Source: Fimbriimonadaceae bacterium (GTDB lineage Bacteria > Armatimonadota > Fimbriimonadia > Fimbriimonadales > Fimbriimonadaceae). From it: DNA of 44,831 nt. The stretch lies in NCBI GenBank assembly GCA_020849075.1, contig JADLGZ010000018.1, positions 1-44,831 on the forward strand, read 5' to 3'. The notes under the pieces are model-generated. The model searched no databases and was not told where the DNA came from. It saw only the letters and a list, made by a program, of their open reading frames with translations. Within the stretch, counting starts at the first letter, position 1. Every line of letters begins with the position of its first letter. This document shows positions 1 to 9,348 of this stretch, in pieces. The position numbers were made by a program, and so were the translations under genes.

Positions 1-1
1 C

Positions 2-529
2 GACACGGGTGAATACAAGGGGTTATTCGCGGCGAATTGGAATATCTTTGGGTACGGTCTTGCGGTCGAAACCCCCGCAACGGTTTCTGGATCGCTGGTC
101 TTCGGGGACTACGTCGGCACCGGGGTAACCCGCCCTGTCACCTTTGAGTTCTATGACGGAGCCACGTTGATTGACTCCACAACCGTCAACGTGACCCCAA
201 ACGGCGGAACTCCAGTTGCATACAGCGTCCGCACGGATGCCCGCGGCCCCGCAATCACCGTCAAGGCTCGAGGTTCTCGATGGTTGAAGAAGGCGGTCGT
301 CGCCAATATTTCGGGGCCAGGCGTCTCCGGTGTTAGCATTACCATGACCAATGGCGACTGCGATGCTTCCACTGAAGTTGATGCGGCCGACATTGATCTG
401 GTCATCGCCAATTTTGGATTAATCTTCCCTGGGCCAGGCCCCGAGGATTCCGATATTGACGGATCGGGCGAAGTTGACGCTGCTGATATTGATATCGTCA
501 TTGCCAACTTCGGCAGCGTTGACGACTAA
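2..529 (+). CDS. 3' part of a secreted protein (5' end outside the window) ending in a beta-sandwich-like segment plus two dockerin-type Ca-binding repeats
   Basis: Frame 2 is open from nt 2 to TAA 527-529; the listed ORF 167..529 is only its tail. The C-terminus has two copies of [22 protein letters not shown], the same tail as the CDSs at 2844..4106 and 7822..9192. Confidence 0.7.
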   Translation, partial: DTGEYKGLFAANWNIFGYGLAVETPATVSGSLVFGDYVGTGVTRPVTFEFYDGATLIDSTTVNVTPNGGTPVAYSVRTDARGPAITVKARGSRWLKKAVVANISGPGVSGVSITMTNGDCDASTEVDAADIDLVIANFGLIFPGPGPEDSDIDGSGEVDAADIDIVIANFGSVDD

Positions 530-2661
530 GCGGGAAGGAGCACACCGTCAAGCACAATATCGTCTGGTGCTAGGCACTCTGTGTCTGTGCAGGCTTGGAA
601 CTGTACGGTCACCTGAAACTCCGTCAAAGACGTAGCGTTACTGCTGAACTCAATCTCCACAATCCCCGTGAACTGATCATCAGCTCCCTCCGGATAACGG
701 ACCTCCGGCTCAATCCCCTGGAAGCGAAGCTGAGTTGGGGTGAGCCAGCGCGCGGGAGGATCGTTTGTGTTAAGGTGCAGTCCTTCAGGAATGTTCAGGA
801 TAACCGCTCCTGTGCCCCTTACCTCTCGATCTCTAAGTACGGCCGTGACTTTGCCGAGTACCTTTTTTTCTGAACTCTCTAGAATCGGCCCGCTCACCGT
901 TTTGGAATGCTCCATCATCATGGCGACTCGCACCATACTTTCGGCAGCTTGGGGCATTTTTTGGGCGATCCCGACTACCGCCATGAGCGCTCGCTCGGCC
1001 ACTTCCCTCTCGCCATAAGCGAGACATGCTTCAATGGCGACCGCGTTAGGCGAGGGAACGGCTTGATCCATTACGGGCTTTGAACGACCAAAAAGGTCGT
1101 CGTGGCTCCCGTTCGTAAAATAGAAACCTCCCTTGACCCGGTCCTCAAACTCGGTGATCATGTGCTGGATCAGTTGCTTGCCAAACCCTTGGTAAGCGGG
1201 CTCACCTGTCGCTCTACCAAGCTCAATCGCCGCCAGCGCCATGTGTGCAACATCATCAAGGTAGGCTTCCCCGCTCGGCGTTCCATCCGTGACTTGATGG
1301 GGCAAGGCTCCATGAGTTTCAACATGCATCATCCAACGCCGCATTGCTGCTTCGGCAATCAGCAATTCATCGGCCGCAACTAACCCACGAATAACGGCAC
1401 CATTCCACGCGGCAATTGCCTTGTTGTCCAGTTGCGGGGCAGGTCTGGTTTGACGGGCCTCTAGCAAAGTTCGCAACTGCAGTCGAAACTCCTCCCGGCG
1501 ATCTTCTGCGAGGTAAAGCAGATTCAGGCCTGTCAATTGTTGGGTGGCTTCATCTAGGAAGTTGCCGTTCTCTTCGATGCCAAAAGCTTCGATGAATGCT
1601 GTAGCATCTTGACCAAGAGCTACCTTGATTTCATCCACCGACCATAGGTAGTAGAGCCCCTCTTCGCCCATGGTATCGGCGTCTTGAGCAGAGCAGAAGA
1701 GCCCTTCGGCGGTGACCATTTCTCGCTTTAGCCATTCAATGATGCCAATCGTAGTCTGCTCCAACAAGCCAGCTACAGGAGCATTCATTTCACCTGCTAG
1801 CTGGGCAGCTCTTGCGTAGACCTGAAGGAGGAGCCCATTGTCAATCAGCATCTTCTCAAAATGCGGAAGTCTCCACTCAGAATCCGTGCTATACCGATGG
1901 AACCCGCCGCCTATCTGGTCATGAATCCCACCCAGAGCCATTCGCTCCAAGGTCAAAAGCACCATTGACAGCGCTTCACTGGTCGCGTCAGGAGCAGTTG
2001 AGGCATAGTCAAGCAGGAACAGCAGAGCTGGCGCGGGAGGAAATTTGGGAGCTGGCCCGAAGCCACCATTCTCGCCGTCGAAATCTGCCCTTAAGGCATT
2101 GAAGCAGTCCGTAAACAGCGAGGGCTCAATCGTGCTGGTGAGGGAGCTCATCGTCCGCCCCAAAGCCTTGCCAATCGCTTCAGAGATCTGGTCTGCACTC
2201 TTCAGAACATCGGGCCGAGACCGACGCCAAAGGGTGGCGATTTGCGTGGCCAAAGTAGCGAAGCCAGGAACTTTGCCCCGATCCTGGCGGGGGAAAAAAG
2301 TACCCGCGAAAAATGGCTTACGATCGGGTGTCATGAAGATCGTCATGGGCCATCCCCCGCGTCCGGCAATCATTTGGACGGCGAGCATATAGGCTTCATC
2401 CACATCGGGACGCTCTTCCCGATCAACCTTGATACTTACGAAGTGTTCGTTCAAGAACTCGCCAATAGCGGGATCTTCAAACGTTTCATGAGCCATCACG
2501 TGGCACCAATGGCAAGAGCTGTAGCCGATGCTCAGAAAGATCGCCTTATCCTCAGCTTTAGCCTTAGCAAATGCCTCGACTCCCCACTCATACCAGTCCA
2601 CCGGGTTATCTTGATGTTGCCTTAAGTAGGGCGACATTGACTGGGCAAGACGGTTGGGCAT
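526..2661 (-). CDS. Thioredoxin-domain protein of the DUF255/YyaL (SSP411-like) family with an (alpha/alpha)6 epimerase-like body and a C-terminal Cys-pair extension
   Basis: N-terminus reads [18 protein letters not shown]...[15 protein letters not shown] (CxxC in a thioredoxin fold), typical of this family. Start set at MPNRL (ATG 2661) because the first 27 codons of the listed ORF ([10 protein letters not shown]...) are the antisense translation of the tRNA at 2716..2791. The tail carries ...[18 protein letters not shown]. Confidence 0.8.
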   Translation of the reverse strand: MPNRLAQSMSPYLRQHQDNPVDWYEWGVEAFAKAKAEDKAIFLSIGYSSCHWCHVMAHETFEDPAIGEFLNEHFVSIKVDREERPDVDEAYMLAVQMIAGRGGWPMTIFMTPDRKPFFAGTFFPRQDRGKVPGFATLATQIATLWRRSRPDVLKSADQISEAIGKALGRTMSSLTSTIEPSLFTDCFNALRADFDGENGGFGPAPKFPPAPALLFLLDYASTAPDATSEALSMVLLTLERMALGGIHDQIGGGFHRYSTDSEWRLPHFEKMLIDNGLLLQVYARAAQLAGEMNAPVAGLLEQTTIGIIEWLKREMVTAEGLFCSAQDADTMGEEGLYYLWSVDEIKVALGQDATAFIEAFGIEENGNFLDEATQQLTGLNLLYLAEDRREEFRLQLRTLLEARQTRPAPQLDNKAIAAWNGAVIRGLVAADELLIAEAAMRRWMMHVETHGALPHQVTDGTPSGEAYLDDVAHMALAAIELGRATGEPAYQGFGKQLIQHMITEFEDRVKGGFYFTNGSHDDLFGRSKPVMDQAVPSPNAVAIEACLAYGEREVAERALMAVVGIAQKMPQAAESMVRVAMMMEHSKTVSGPILESSEKKVLGKVTAVLRDREVRGTGAVILNIPEGLHLNTNDPPARWLTPTQLRFQGIEPEVRYPEGADDQFTGIVEIEFSSNATSLTEFQVTVQFQACTDTECLAPDDIVLDGVLLPA

Positions 2662-2715
2662 ACCCCTATTGTGACAGGCCCAGCCAAAGTCCTTGGGGGT
2701 ATCCTCTAGCCTCAG

Positions 2716-2791
2716 GCGCTCGTAGCTCAGTGGATAGAGCATCAGCTTGCGGAGCTGGGGGTCGGAGGTTCGAATCCTCTCGAGCGCGCCA
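2716..2791 (+). tRNA. tRNA-Arg, anticodon read as GCG
   Basis: Hand-folded cloverleaf. Acceptor GCGCTCG/CGAGCGC, D arm GCTC-AGTGGATA-GAGC, anticodon arm TCAGC-TTGCGGA-GCTGG, variable loop GGGTC, T arm GGAGG-TTCGAAT-CCTCT, discriminator G, encoded CCA. Body resembles bacterial Arg tRNAs; G at position 37. Confidence 0.85.
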
Positions 2792-2843
2792 AAACTGGCA
2801 GAATTGATTTGGGTTTGGCACGAACTTTTCGTATACTGTAGCC

Positions 2844-4106
2844 GTGCATGCCCGCGTAACTGCCCTTTGTGTTGGTTTATTGGGAGCTAGCTTCAGCCAC
2901 GCTATTATCCGTCGCGTAGATGTTCCCGATGCCCAGCACCAGGCTTTGGCCAACAATATTCCACTGGGGTGGATCCAATACCCTTCACCGAGCGCCGTAC
3001 CGACAAGCTGCGCTTTGATAGCCGACCAGTTCATTCTGTCTGCCGGTCACACATACTCCAGCACTCCGGGCGCGATTATCAAGCTGGGTGGTGAAACCTA
3101 TAATATCGTTGCGTGGGTCAAGAATCCGGCCTTCAACATTAATGACTTGACCGCCGGTCACGATTTCTCGGTTGCAAGGCTGGATCGGCGCGTTTTGAAC
3201 CAAACACCCCTTACCATTCGATCGGCCACGGTTCCTGTGCAAACCATCATCAAGTGCTTCGGCATGGGTACGACTGGGCTTGGCGATGGCACCGGATTTG
3301 TCGCCCCATGGAATCCGATTCCGAGTTCATGGCCACCCCGCGGAATGACAAACCGGGTTGATATTGATAGCTCCATACCCAATGTTATCTTGACGGACTT
3401 CGACAAACCAGATGGGACAACAAATACCCTTTCGGACATTGGTTCCAGTCCAGCCGCAACCGACCATGAAGGGCAATTGGCGGGTGGCGACAGCGGTGGG
3501 CCGGTTACCATGTTGGTCAATGGCCAGGAACAGATTGTAGGTGTCAACTCAGCGGTAGCCAATTTCAATAACAATGGAATCACAGGAGACTACGGGGATC
3601 TGTCCGTAGTCTCGAAGATATCCGTGGACTACACATGGGTCATGAGCAACGCTTGGCAGGCGGGCCGGGTAGCAGGAAAGATCCACTTGGGTGACTTTGT
3701 TGGCTCACCAATGTTGCGTACAGCAACCATCTCCCTTCGCAATCCCGGAAGCACAACCAACTTGGAGAGCTTTATTGTTCCTCTAGCGATCGATTCGGGT
3801 TTTTCATTTGTTACGGCCCGTCGAGGTTTGACCGACCTACACATTACGATTCCCGGGTTCTGCGCAAAGAATCTGACAAATGTTAACATCACCAACACAT
3901 CACCGGGTGATCTAAGCATCCTTCTTCCCAACGGCGATCCGGATCAGTCCCAGGAAGTTGATGCTGTGGATATTGACCTCGTCATCGCCCACTTTGGTCA
4001 ACCCACCACGGATGCAACTCAAGGTGACCTTGACGGCTCAGGCGAAGTGGACGCAACCGACATTGACATCACGATTGCCAATTTTGGGACGCTAGGCCAA
4101 CCTTAG
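2844..4106 (+). CDS. Secreted trypsin-like (S1 family) serine protease with the C-terminal beta-sandwich + double dockerin-type cassette
   Basis: GTG start followed by a signal-peptide-like N-terminus ([20 protein letters not shown]). Catalytic triad contexts LSAGHT (His), DFSVARL (Asp) and GGDSGGP (Ser). Tail has [15 protein letters not shown] and [15 protein letters not shown]. Confidence 0.8.
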   Translation: MHARVTALCVGLLGASFSHAIIRRVDVPDAQHQALANNIPLGWIQYPSPSAVPTSCALIADQFILSAGHTYSSTPGAIIKLGGETYNIVAWVKNPAFNINDLTAGHDFSVARLDRRVLNQTPLTIRSATVPVQTIIKCFGMGTTGLGDGTGFVAPWNPIPSSWPPRGMTNRVDIDSSIPNVILTDFDKPDGTTNTLSDIGSSPAATDHEGQLAGGDSGGPVTMLVNGQEQIVGVNSAVANFNNNGITGDYGDLSVVSKISVDYTWVMSNAWQAGRVAGKIHLGDFVGSPMLRTATISLRNPGSTTNLESFIVPLAIDSGFSFVTARRGLTDLHITIPGFCAKNLTNVNITNTSPGDLSILLPNGDPDQSQEVDAVDIDLVIAHFGQPTTDATQGDLDGSGEVDATDIDITIANFGTLGQP

Positions 4107-4122
4107 GCCATCTCGTCGGAAT

Positions 4123-7100
4123 CTAGAATCGAAGCTGGTAATCCAGCCGAAGCGTCCAGTTATCGCGCTTCACATTTGCGTCACGGAAATTAGCCCAGCT
4201 GACATTACCAGCACTGACGCTGAACAATTGATTTGGACCGGGGCGCTGGCTAAACTCAATCCCATAGCGATGCATGGTTCTGCGAACGCCATCTAGGTCG
4301 GTTTGCTCCAAGCCGTAACTGAGCCGCAAGGGGGATGGGTTCTGAGCGTTTAGGGTCAGATTGATGGATGCAATGCGCGACAGTTGATGCGTTTCGTCGT
4401 TGATCCGCTCTTCCCAAGATGCGCCGAAGAGTGTATTTGCCTTGTCGCTTCGTTGTTGGAGCCGGAACCCTTGAGTTCTTGTCGGCTGGACAATCGAGCC
4501 CAGCAACGCGTCGCCCCTCGCCTGTTCTGGATAGGTCTGCGTTTGGAAGGTCAAGTCATAGCCGGGGATGTAGCGTGCCGTAACCGCAACATTGCGAATC
4601 ATGTACGTCTTGTCCCAAGGTAACTGGCGTGACTTGAGCATTGCATCAAAGCTCAGCTTGCGCGATGGCTCATTCGGAGTTGAGAACCGAAATGCTCGAT
4701 CTACGGCGCGGCGACCTTCGCCGTCTACCTGCCCCGTGTAATCAAATCCGAGTGTCAGATCCCCGATACGTAGGCCCACAGAGCCAGTTTGGTTTTCGCG
4801 TTGCCAGCGACTGTAATCCTTGACGGTATCACTTCCAATTGAGAAACGGAAATCCCGAATGAAACCGAGTTGAATGGGCTTGCTTGTACCCAGCTTGAAG
4901 TTGCCAGTAGATCGGTCTCGCTCCGTGCCCCAAGCCTGTTGAGTATAGTTTGCCCCACCGAAGCTCAGTCCTCCAATAGTGCCACCGGTCAGACTCATAT
5001 TTGAATTCTGAGTATCGTTCAACCCCAGTTCTCGGGCAAACCCATAGGTGAACTTGATGCCACCGCCAAGATTGACCCAGAACCCATAGTTCCTCCGTTG
5101 TTCGTCGGGCCGATCGGCCTGCGTACGACTGATCTTCACCTCAGTAACGCTGACTCCGGTGCGTTCCGTGATGCCGGTACTGAGCGTGTGGGCGCTAACG
5201 GTCTCGCGATTACCATCGCTGTATTCCGTCCTAGTTTGCTCTGTGCGTATGTTGGTATTGGCCGCAACCTTCGCTTCGGCGGTTAATGAGTTACGAGTAC
5301 TATCGGGGGCCGTTGTCGAGGTGCCACCGTTCTCGATAACCTCGCGCTCAAACTGCACTGCGCCAAAGCCATTGAAATTCCTGGCAAGTAGCAATCGGTC
5401 CACAGACTGATCAAGTAGCGTCTGCGTCGGATCCGCCCATGAATTCGCATACCGGAACCACTGCAGTTTCGTGTCTTTATCAATATCCCACGTCAGCAGG
5501 GACTCAGCAATGGTGCGCTTTTCGTCCAAGAGGTCGTTCTGAGACTTCATGAGGTTCATCCTCACGTTAAGTCCGCGCATGAGCATCAGGTTGGCAAGGA
5601 GCTGACGTTGTTCTTGACCAATCATCTGGCCAAGCATCTCTCGCTCTGGATCCACCAAGCCCGAAACATTTAGGAAATTGGGATCAACCCCGCGCTCGAT
5701 GTACTGAACTTCCATGCGAGGGTCCTGCAGGCGGAAACTGCCACGATGGGCTGAGCTTCCCCCAATGCGGGCGGTCATTGAACTGGCCTCAAACGATCGC
5801 CCTGAGCCCCAACTGGTTGAGAAGCTTAGGTCTGTCTTGTTCAAGCCAGGCAAAATCCCGAGTCGCTCACGCTCAAAACCCATAAGAGAGTTAAGCTCCA
5901 CCAGATTTGCGCCCAACTCCTGGTGCCGGTAAGCAAACTTGGTGCTGCCCCAGTCCAAAGTTCCGGTTGTCAAACGACCCGAATCTTGGGTGCCAGAAAT
6001 GAGTAGATCCGAAATGCTCACCCCGATGCCCTTTCCGGGAGTGTAGTTCATACGGTGAGAAGTGCGTGTCAGGCCCGTAGACCGGGTGAACCATTGCCGA
6101 TCTTCGGGTCGTGCACTGAGGCCCGTAGGCTGATACATCATGGCGATACGAGCGATGTTCCCATTCTGCTCCGCTTCGCTCTGTTTGCTCGGGCCGTCAA
6201 AGCCATCATCGTTGCCAATGGTGTCCTGCTCGTAGCTCCAATTCGCTCCAGTTACCGTGATATTTTGGGTGGAGAAGCCCAGTCCCGAGCGATTCATCTC
6301 GCTTTGGCTGTACTTCAGCGTTAGCCCTTTGGTTCCCCAGCCGAGATCAAAAGCCGTCCGAGAGATTCCCCGTTCCTTGGCCAACTGACCTTTGTCCGAC
6401 TCTCGCAAGCCATCAAATTGGTCGAAAGACTGGTCTACCGATTGGCTTAGGTATCCAAGGGTTAGGGTGCCACTCTGCAGGCCAAACTTGGTGCGCTGAA
6501 CCCTGCCGCCACTACCTTCGCGGACGCTGAGATCGGACAGACTTAGCTTCGCGCTCTTTTGGTCTAGGTTAAAGCCGAAGTTCGTGGTCTGGAGGCCTCG
6601 CTCTTTCTCAAGCTGCTTCCGATCTGACTCGCGGAGGTCCTTGAAGCGATCGAATCCAGAGTCCACATTTCGTGAGCTGAAGTTCAGTGACCATCCGGCA
6701 CCAGCGACACCATAAGACTGACGAGTGATAGAATTACCCTTCTCGCCAACTGTCTGAAAATCCTGATTCAAGGTGAGGGTTCCCGCCTTGATGTCCTTCA
6801 TGCTCAAGCCGATCCGTTTGAGTCCACGCTCTTTGGATAGCGCCGTCACATCAGCTTCGCTGAAGCCGTTGTCGGTGAATGCGCTAAAACCGGTGAACTT
6901 ACGATCACTCGATTGGTAGCTCAGTGACACCTTGCCACCCAGGACATTGCCGCCGATTTCCTGTACGATGGCAGTCCCCGACTCTTGCGCGGGTTGATCA
7001 AGGCCATCGCTAGCTCCCATCAAGGACTGGGATTGCGTAGTCTTCCGGCTTGAATAGGCAAACATGCCATTCATGCGCATGGAGCGTCCAAGTCCAAAGT

Positions 7101-7578
7101 TGTTCTTTAGGCCGTACAAATCCGTTCGCATCACCGAACCATTTTCGCCTCGCTCGGCCATTCCTAGGCCCAAGACAATGTTGGACTGTCCGAGGCTTAG
7201 TTTCATCGTATTGAGGCTGCTTCCCACCTTTGCAGCTTGTTCTTGGTCGGGATCGTGGCGATACGTAACCCGAAGGGTCTGCCCTGGCTTAACGGCAATC
7301 CGCAGCATGAGCATCCCACTCGGATAGTCCATAACATACTCATCCGACTTGAGATCACGGCCTTCCAAGGTAATGGTCTCGCTTCCCTTCACCACACCAG
7401 CGAAGCGAAGAGGGACAGTCGGGGCACCATCAAGGCGAATAAAGTCAGCCGCGGATATCCCGCCCACAGCCGATGTCTTGGGCGTTTCGCCCACGGACGC
7501 AGAAGAACCCTGAGCGAAGCCGATCGTGGGCATCGCACAGACCAACAGAGCTATCCCAAGCAACCGTTTTCTCTGCAT
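4123..7578 (-). CDS. Large (1151 aa) predicted outer-membrane beta-barrel protein of unknown function
   Basis: Signal peptide MQRKRLLGIALLVCAMPTIGFAQG. Sequence is rich in alternating-polarity Gly/Ser/Thr/aromatic beta-strand patterns. C-terminal ...LRLDYQLRF ends in Phe, as in OMP sorting signals. Internal repeated modules are described in findings. Confidence 0.6.
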   Translation of the reverse strand: MQRKRLLGIALLVCAMPTIGFAQGSSASVGETPKTSAVGGISAADFIRLDGAPTVPLRFAGVVKGSETITLEGRDLKSDEYVMDYPSGMLMLRIAVKPGQTLRVTYRHDPDQEQAAKVGSSLNTMKLSLGQSNIVLGLGMAERGENGSVMRTDLYGLKNNFGLGRSMRMNGMFAYSSRKTTQSQSLMGASDGLDQPAQESGTAIVQEIGGNVLGGKVSLSYQSSDRKFTGFSAFTDNGFSEADVTALSKERGLKRIGLSMKDIKAGTLTLNQDFQTVGEKGNSITRQSYGVAGAGWSLNFSSRNVDSGFDRFKDLRESDRKQLEKERGLQTTNFGFNLDQKSAKLSLSDLSVREGSGGRVQRTKFGLQSGTLTLGYLSQSVDQSFDQFDGLRESDKGQLAKERGISRTAFDLGWGTKGLTLKYSQSEMNRSGLGFSTQNITVTGANWSYEQDTIGNDDGFDGPSKQSEAEQNGNIARIAMMYQPTGLSARPEDRQWFTRSTGLTRTSHRMNYTPGKGIGVSISDLLISGTQDSGRLTTGTLDWGSTKFAYRHQELGANLVELNSLMGFERERLGILPGLNKTDLSFSTSWGSGRSFEASSMTARIGGSSAHRGSFRLQDPRMEVQYIERGVDPNFLNVSGLVDPEREMLGQMIGQEQRQLLANLMLMRGLNVRMNLMKSQNDLLDEKRTIAESLLTWDIDKDTKLQWFRYANSWADPTQTLLDQSVDRLLLARNFNGFGAVQFEREVIENGGTSTTAPDSTRNSLTAEAKVAANTNIRTEQTRTEYSDGNRETVSAHTLSTGITERTGVSVTEVKISRTQADRPDEQRRNYGFWVNLGGGIKFTYGFARELGLNDTQNSNMSLTGGTIGGLSFGGANYTQQAWGTERDRSTGNFKLGTSKPIQLGFIRDFRFSIGSDTVKDYSRWQRENQTGSVGLRIGDLTLGFDYTGQVDGEGRRAVDRAFRFSTPNEPSRKLSFDAMLKSRQLPWDKTYMIRNVAVTARYIPGYDLTFQTQTYPEQARGDALLGSIVQPTRTQGFRLQQRSDKANTLFGASWEERINDETHQLSRIASINLTLNAQNPSPLRLSYGLEQTDLDGVRRTMHRYGIEFSQRPGPNQLFSVSAGNVSWANFRDANVKRDNWTLRLDYQLRF

Positions 7579-7686
7579 CTTCTCCTATCCCATATTATAG
7601 GACGAATTACGTTCAAAGTTGCTTCATTTCACTAAGTTCTTGGTGAACTTACGGATATTGGGCCTTTGGGTATCATATTCGGGCAC

Positions 7687-7762
7687 CCGGACGTAGCTCA
7701 ATGGATAGAGCATCAGTCTTCGGAACTGAGGGTTGGGGGTTCGAGTCCCTTCGTCCGGGCCA
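7687..7762 (+). tRNA. tRNA-Arg, anticodon UCG
   Basis: Hand-folded. Acceptor CCGGACG/CGTCCGG, D arm GCTC-AATGGATA-GAGC, anticodon arm TCAGT-CTTCGGA-ACTGA, T arm GGGGG-TTCGAGT-CCCTT (two G-U pairs), discriminator G, encoded CCA. Confidence 0.85.
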
Positions 7763-7770
7763 ATCAATAT

Positions 7771-7800
7771 TGAAGCGAAGCCTATCAAGGCCTCGCTTCA
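7771..7800. terminator. Hairpin between the tRNA (+) and the convergent minus-strand CDS; probable bidirectional intrinsic terminator
   Basis: TGAAGCGAAGCC-tatcaa-GGCCTCGCTTCA forms a 12-bp stem with one mismatch. Flanks are A/T-rich on both sides (..aatatt / attcatt..). Confidence 0.5.
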
Positions 7801-7821
7801 ATTCATTGAGGTCCGCAGAGC

Positions 7822-9192
7822 TTAGTCGTCTACGCCACCAAAGTTCGCGATGACAATGTCAATGTCCGCAGCATCAACCTCATCGGAGAGATCCACATCG
7901 CCGTTGTTAGGTCCGACTCCGGTGCCGCCAAAGTTGGCGATAACGAGGTCAATATCAGCGGCGTCAACCTCACCGGAGCTATCAGGGTCACCATTTTGCA
8001 TATTGACCTTGTGCTCAAAGACGCCGGTCTCGGTTAGTGTAATCGGAACGACGCGCTTCAACCAAGAGCCGCCATCAATGACGAGGTTATATTCGCCTCG
8101 AACGTCGGTCGGAAATCCAATGTTGATTTCGCCATTGGCGTTCATGTTTGCCGTGAACGTACTGACGGCGCTGTTGGTATTACCGTTGATCGGCACCAGT
8201 TCTAAGCTGAAGGCGACCGATTGGGCTGCCGTCTGATTAACAATATCTCCGAGGATCGGGAGGATCTGCATTGAGCCATTTGGGAAAGCTCTCACCTTGA
8301 TGTCATCAACCCAAACATCCTGAGATGCTGTTTCTAGGGTTGGATTGAGGATAATCGTGTTCAACTTCCTTTGGGTGCCGGTTAGGTTCGGGTTGATATC
8401 CCAAGCCCCGTACAGCACACTGTCAACATAGAACTCAACGCGCCGAACGTTGTAGACCGTCGTAAACTTGTGCCACCCATTTGATCGCCGGTAGTCATCT
8501 CCGACGCCGTAGAACATCCAGTTCGGTGCGGAGTTACCCCCAAGTTCCAACGTCGTCGTACCAGCCATGAAGCCTGCACCGGGAGCTACCGAAAAGATGC
8601 GGCCAGCATAGTGGTTAGCGATACTCTGCCCCGTAGGAGCGGTACCAAACCAAGCATTGCCAACGAATCCAGTCCCAAAGCTCGAGTTAACTCCATTCCA
8701 GAGGCCGTGAGCGATGATCTGATTAAGTCCGACGAATGGATCTACCCCGCCACTCTCTCGCAAAGCTACAAAGAAGCGTTGGTTGAAAATGCTGTCAGTT
8801 CCCGAGGTTGCGACACCCTCGCCGCCGATCTGGTCGTAGATGAAATGCGAGAAGACGACCGTCTCGTCAACAGTCTGCTGACGAGAGAAGAGGGCGCCCT
8901 TGCTGACCCGTGGGCTACGCAGTGGATCACCGGTGGGTGCTCCGCTTCTACCTTGAACCTTGACGGCATATAGGCCCTCAAATACATGCTCCGTAGTTGA
9001 GGCGGAAACGGTTACCGGGGTTAAGGCGGTGGCCGTGCCGCTAACGGTTGAGAATGGCCATGCCGCTAGGTCGTTCGATTCAAAGTTATCAGAGAAAAGG
9101 ACTTCCGGGGTGAGACTTGTTTGGCCAAAAGCGATGGATGCGGAGATACCTGACAGGACAAGGGCTGTCGTTAGTTTGGTCATGGGTTGCAT
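7822..9192 (-). CDS. Secreted protein with a concanavalin/LamG-like jelly-roll region and the C-terminal beta-sandwich + double dockerin-type cassette
   Basis: Start moved to ATG 9192 (MQPMTKLTTALVLSGISASIAFGQ signal peptide), which has GAGGA 7 nt upstream. FSDNFESNDLAAWPF...VEFYVDSVLYG...VWVDDIKV resembles lectin/glucanase-fold domains (weak, by eye). Tail has [15 protein letters not shown] and [19 protein letters not shown]. Confidence 0.65.
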   Translation of the reverse strand: MQPMTKLTTALVLSGISASIAFGQTSLTPEVLFSDNFESNDLAAWPFSTVSGTATALTPVTVSASTTEHVFEGLYAVKVQGRSGAPTGDPLRSPRVSKGALFSRQQTVDETVVFSHFIYDQIGGEGVATSGTDSIFNQRFFVALRESGGVDPFVGLNQIIAHGLWNGVNSSFGTGFVGNAWFGTAPTGQSIANHYAGRIFSVAPGAGFMAGTTTLELGGNSAPNWMFYGVGDDYRRSNGWHKFTTVYNVRRVEFYVDSVLYGAWDINPNLTGTQRKLNTIILNPTLETASQDVWVDDIKVRAFPNGSMQILPILGDIVNQTAAQSVAFSLELVPINGNTNSAVSTFTANMNANGEINIGFPTDVRGEYNLVIDGGSWLKRVVPITLTETGVFEHKVNMQNGDPDSSGEVDAADIDLVIANFGGTGVGPNNGDVDLSDEVDAADIDIVIANFGGVDD

Positions 9193-9307
9193 AGAATTTC
9201 CTCGTTGAAAGGTGCAACACGAAACTGCGTGTCGCACCTATAGGATACGACACTCAGGCTAAGAGTGGGCTACTGGGATCAGATAATCAGGGGGCCAACA
9301 ATTACAA

Positions 9308-9325
9308 GCCCGTAGTAATACGGGC
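9308..9325 (-). terminator. Short GC hairpin downstream of the lipoprotein gene
   Basis: GCCCGTA-gtaa-TACGGGC is a 7-bp stem. On the minus strand it is followed by ttgtaattgtt, only a modest T tract. Confidence 0.3.
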
Positions 9326-9348
9326 ATGTAAAGGGCAAACGAGCTTGA

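Noticed and set aside
2662-2742. The first 27 codons of the listed 738-aa ORF ([27 protein letters not shown])
   Set aside because: They are the antisense reading of the tRNA-Arg gene and its flank. The family-typical N-terminus begins at MPNRL (2661).
2700-7800. Genomic island or integrative element targeting the two tRNA-Arg genes
   Set aside because: I saw no integrase, no transposase and no direct repeat of a tRNA 3' end, and the flanking genes are ordinary secreted or envelope proteins.
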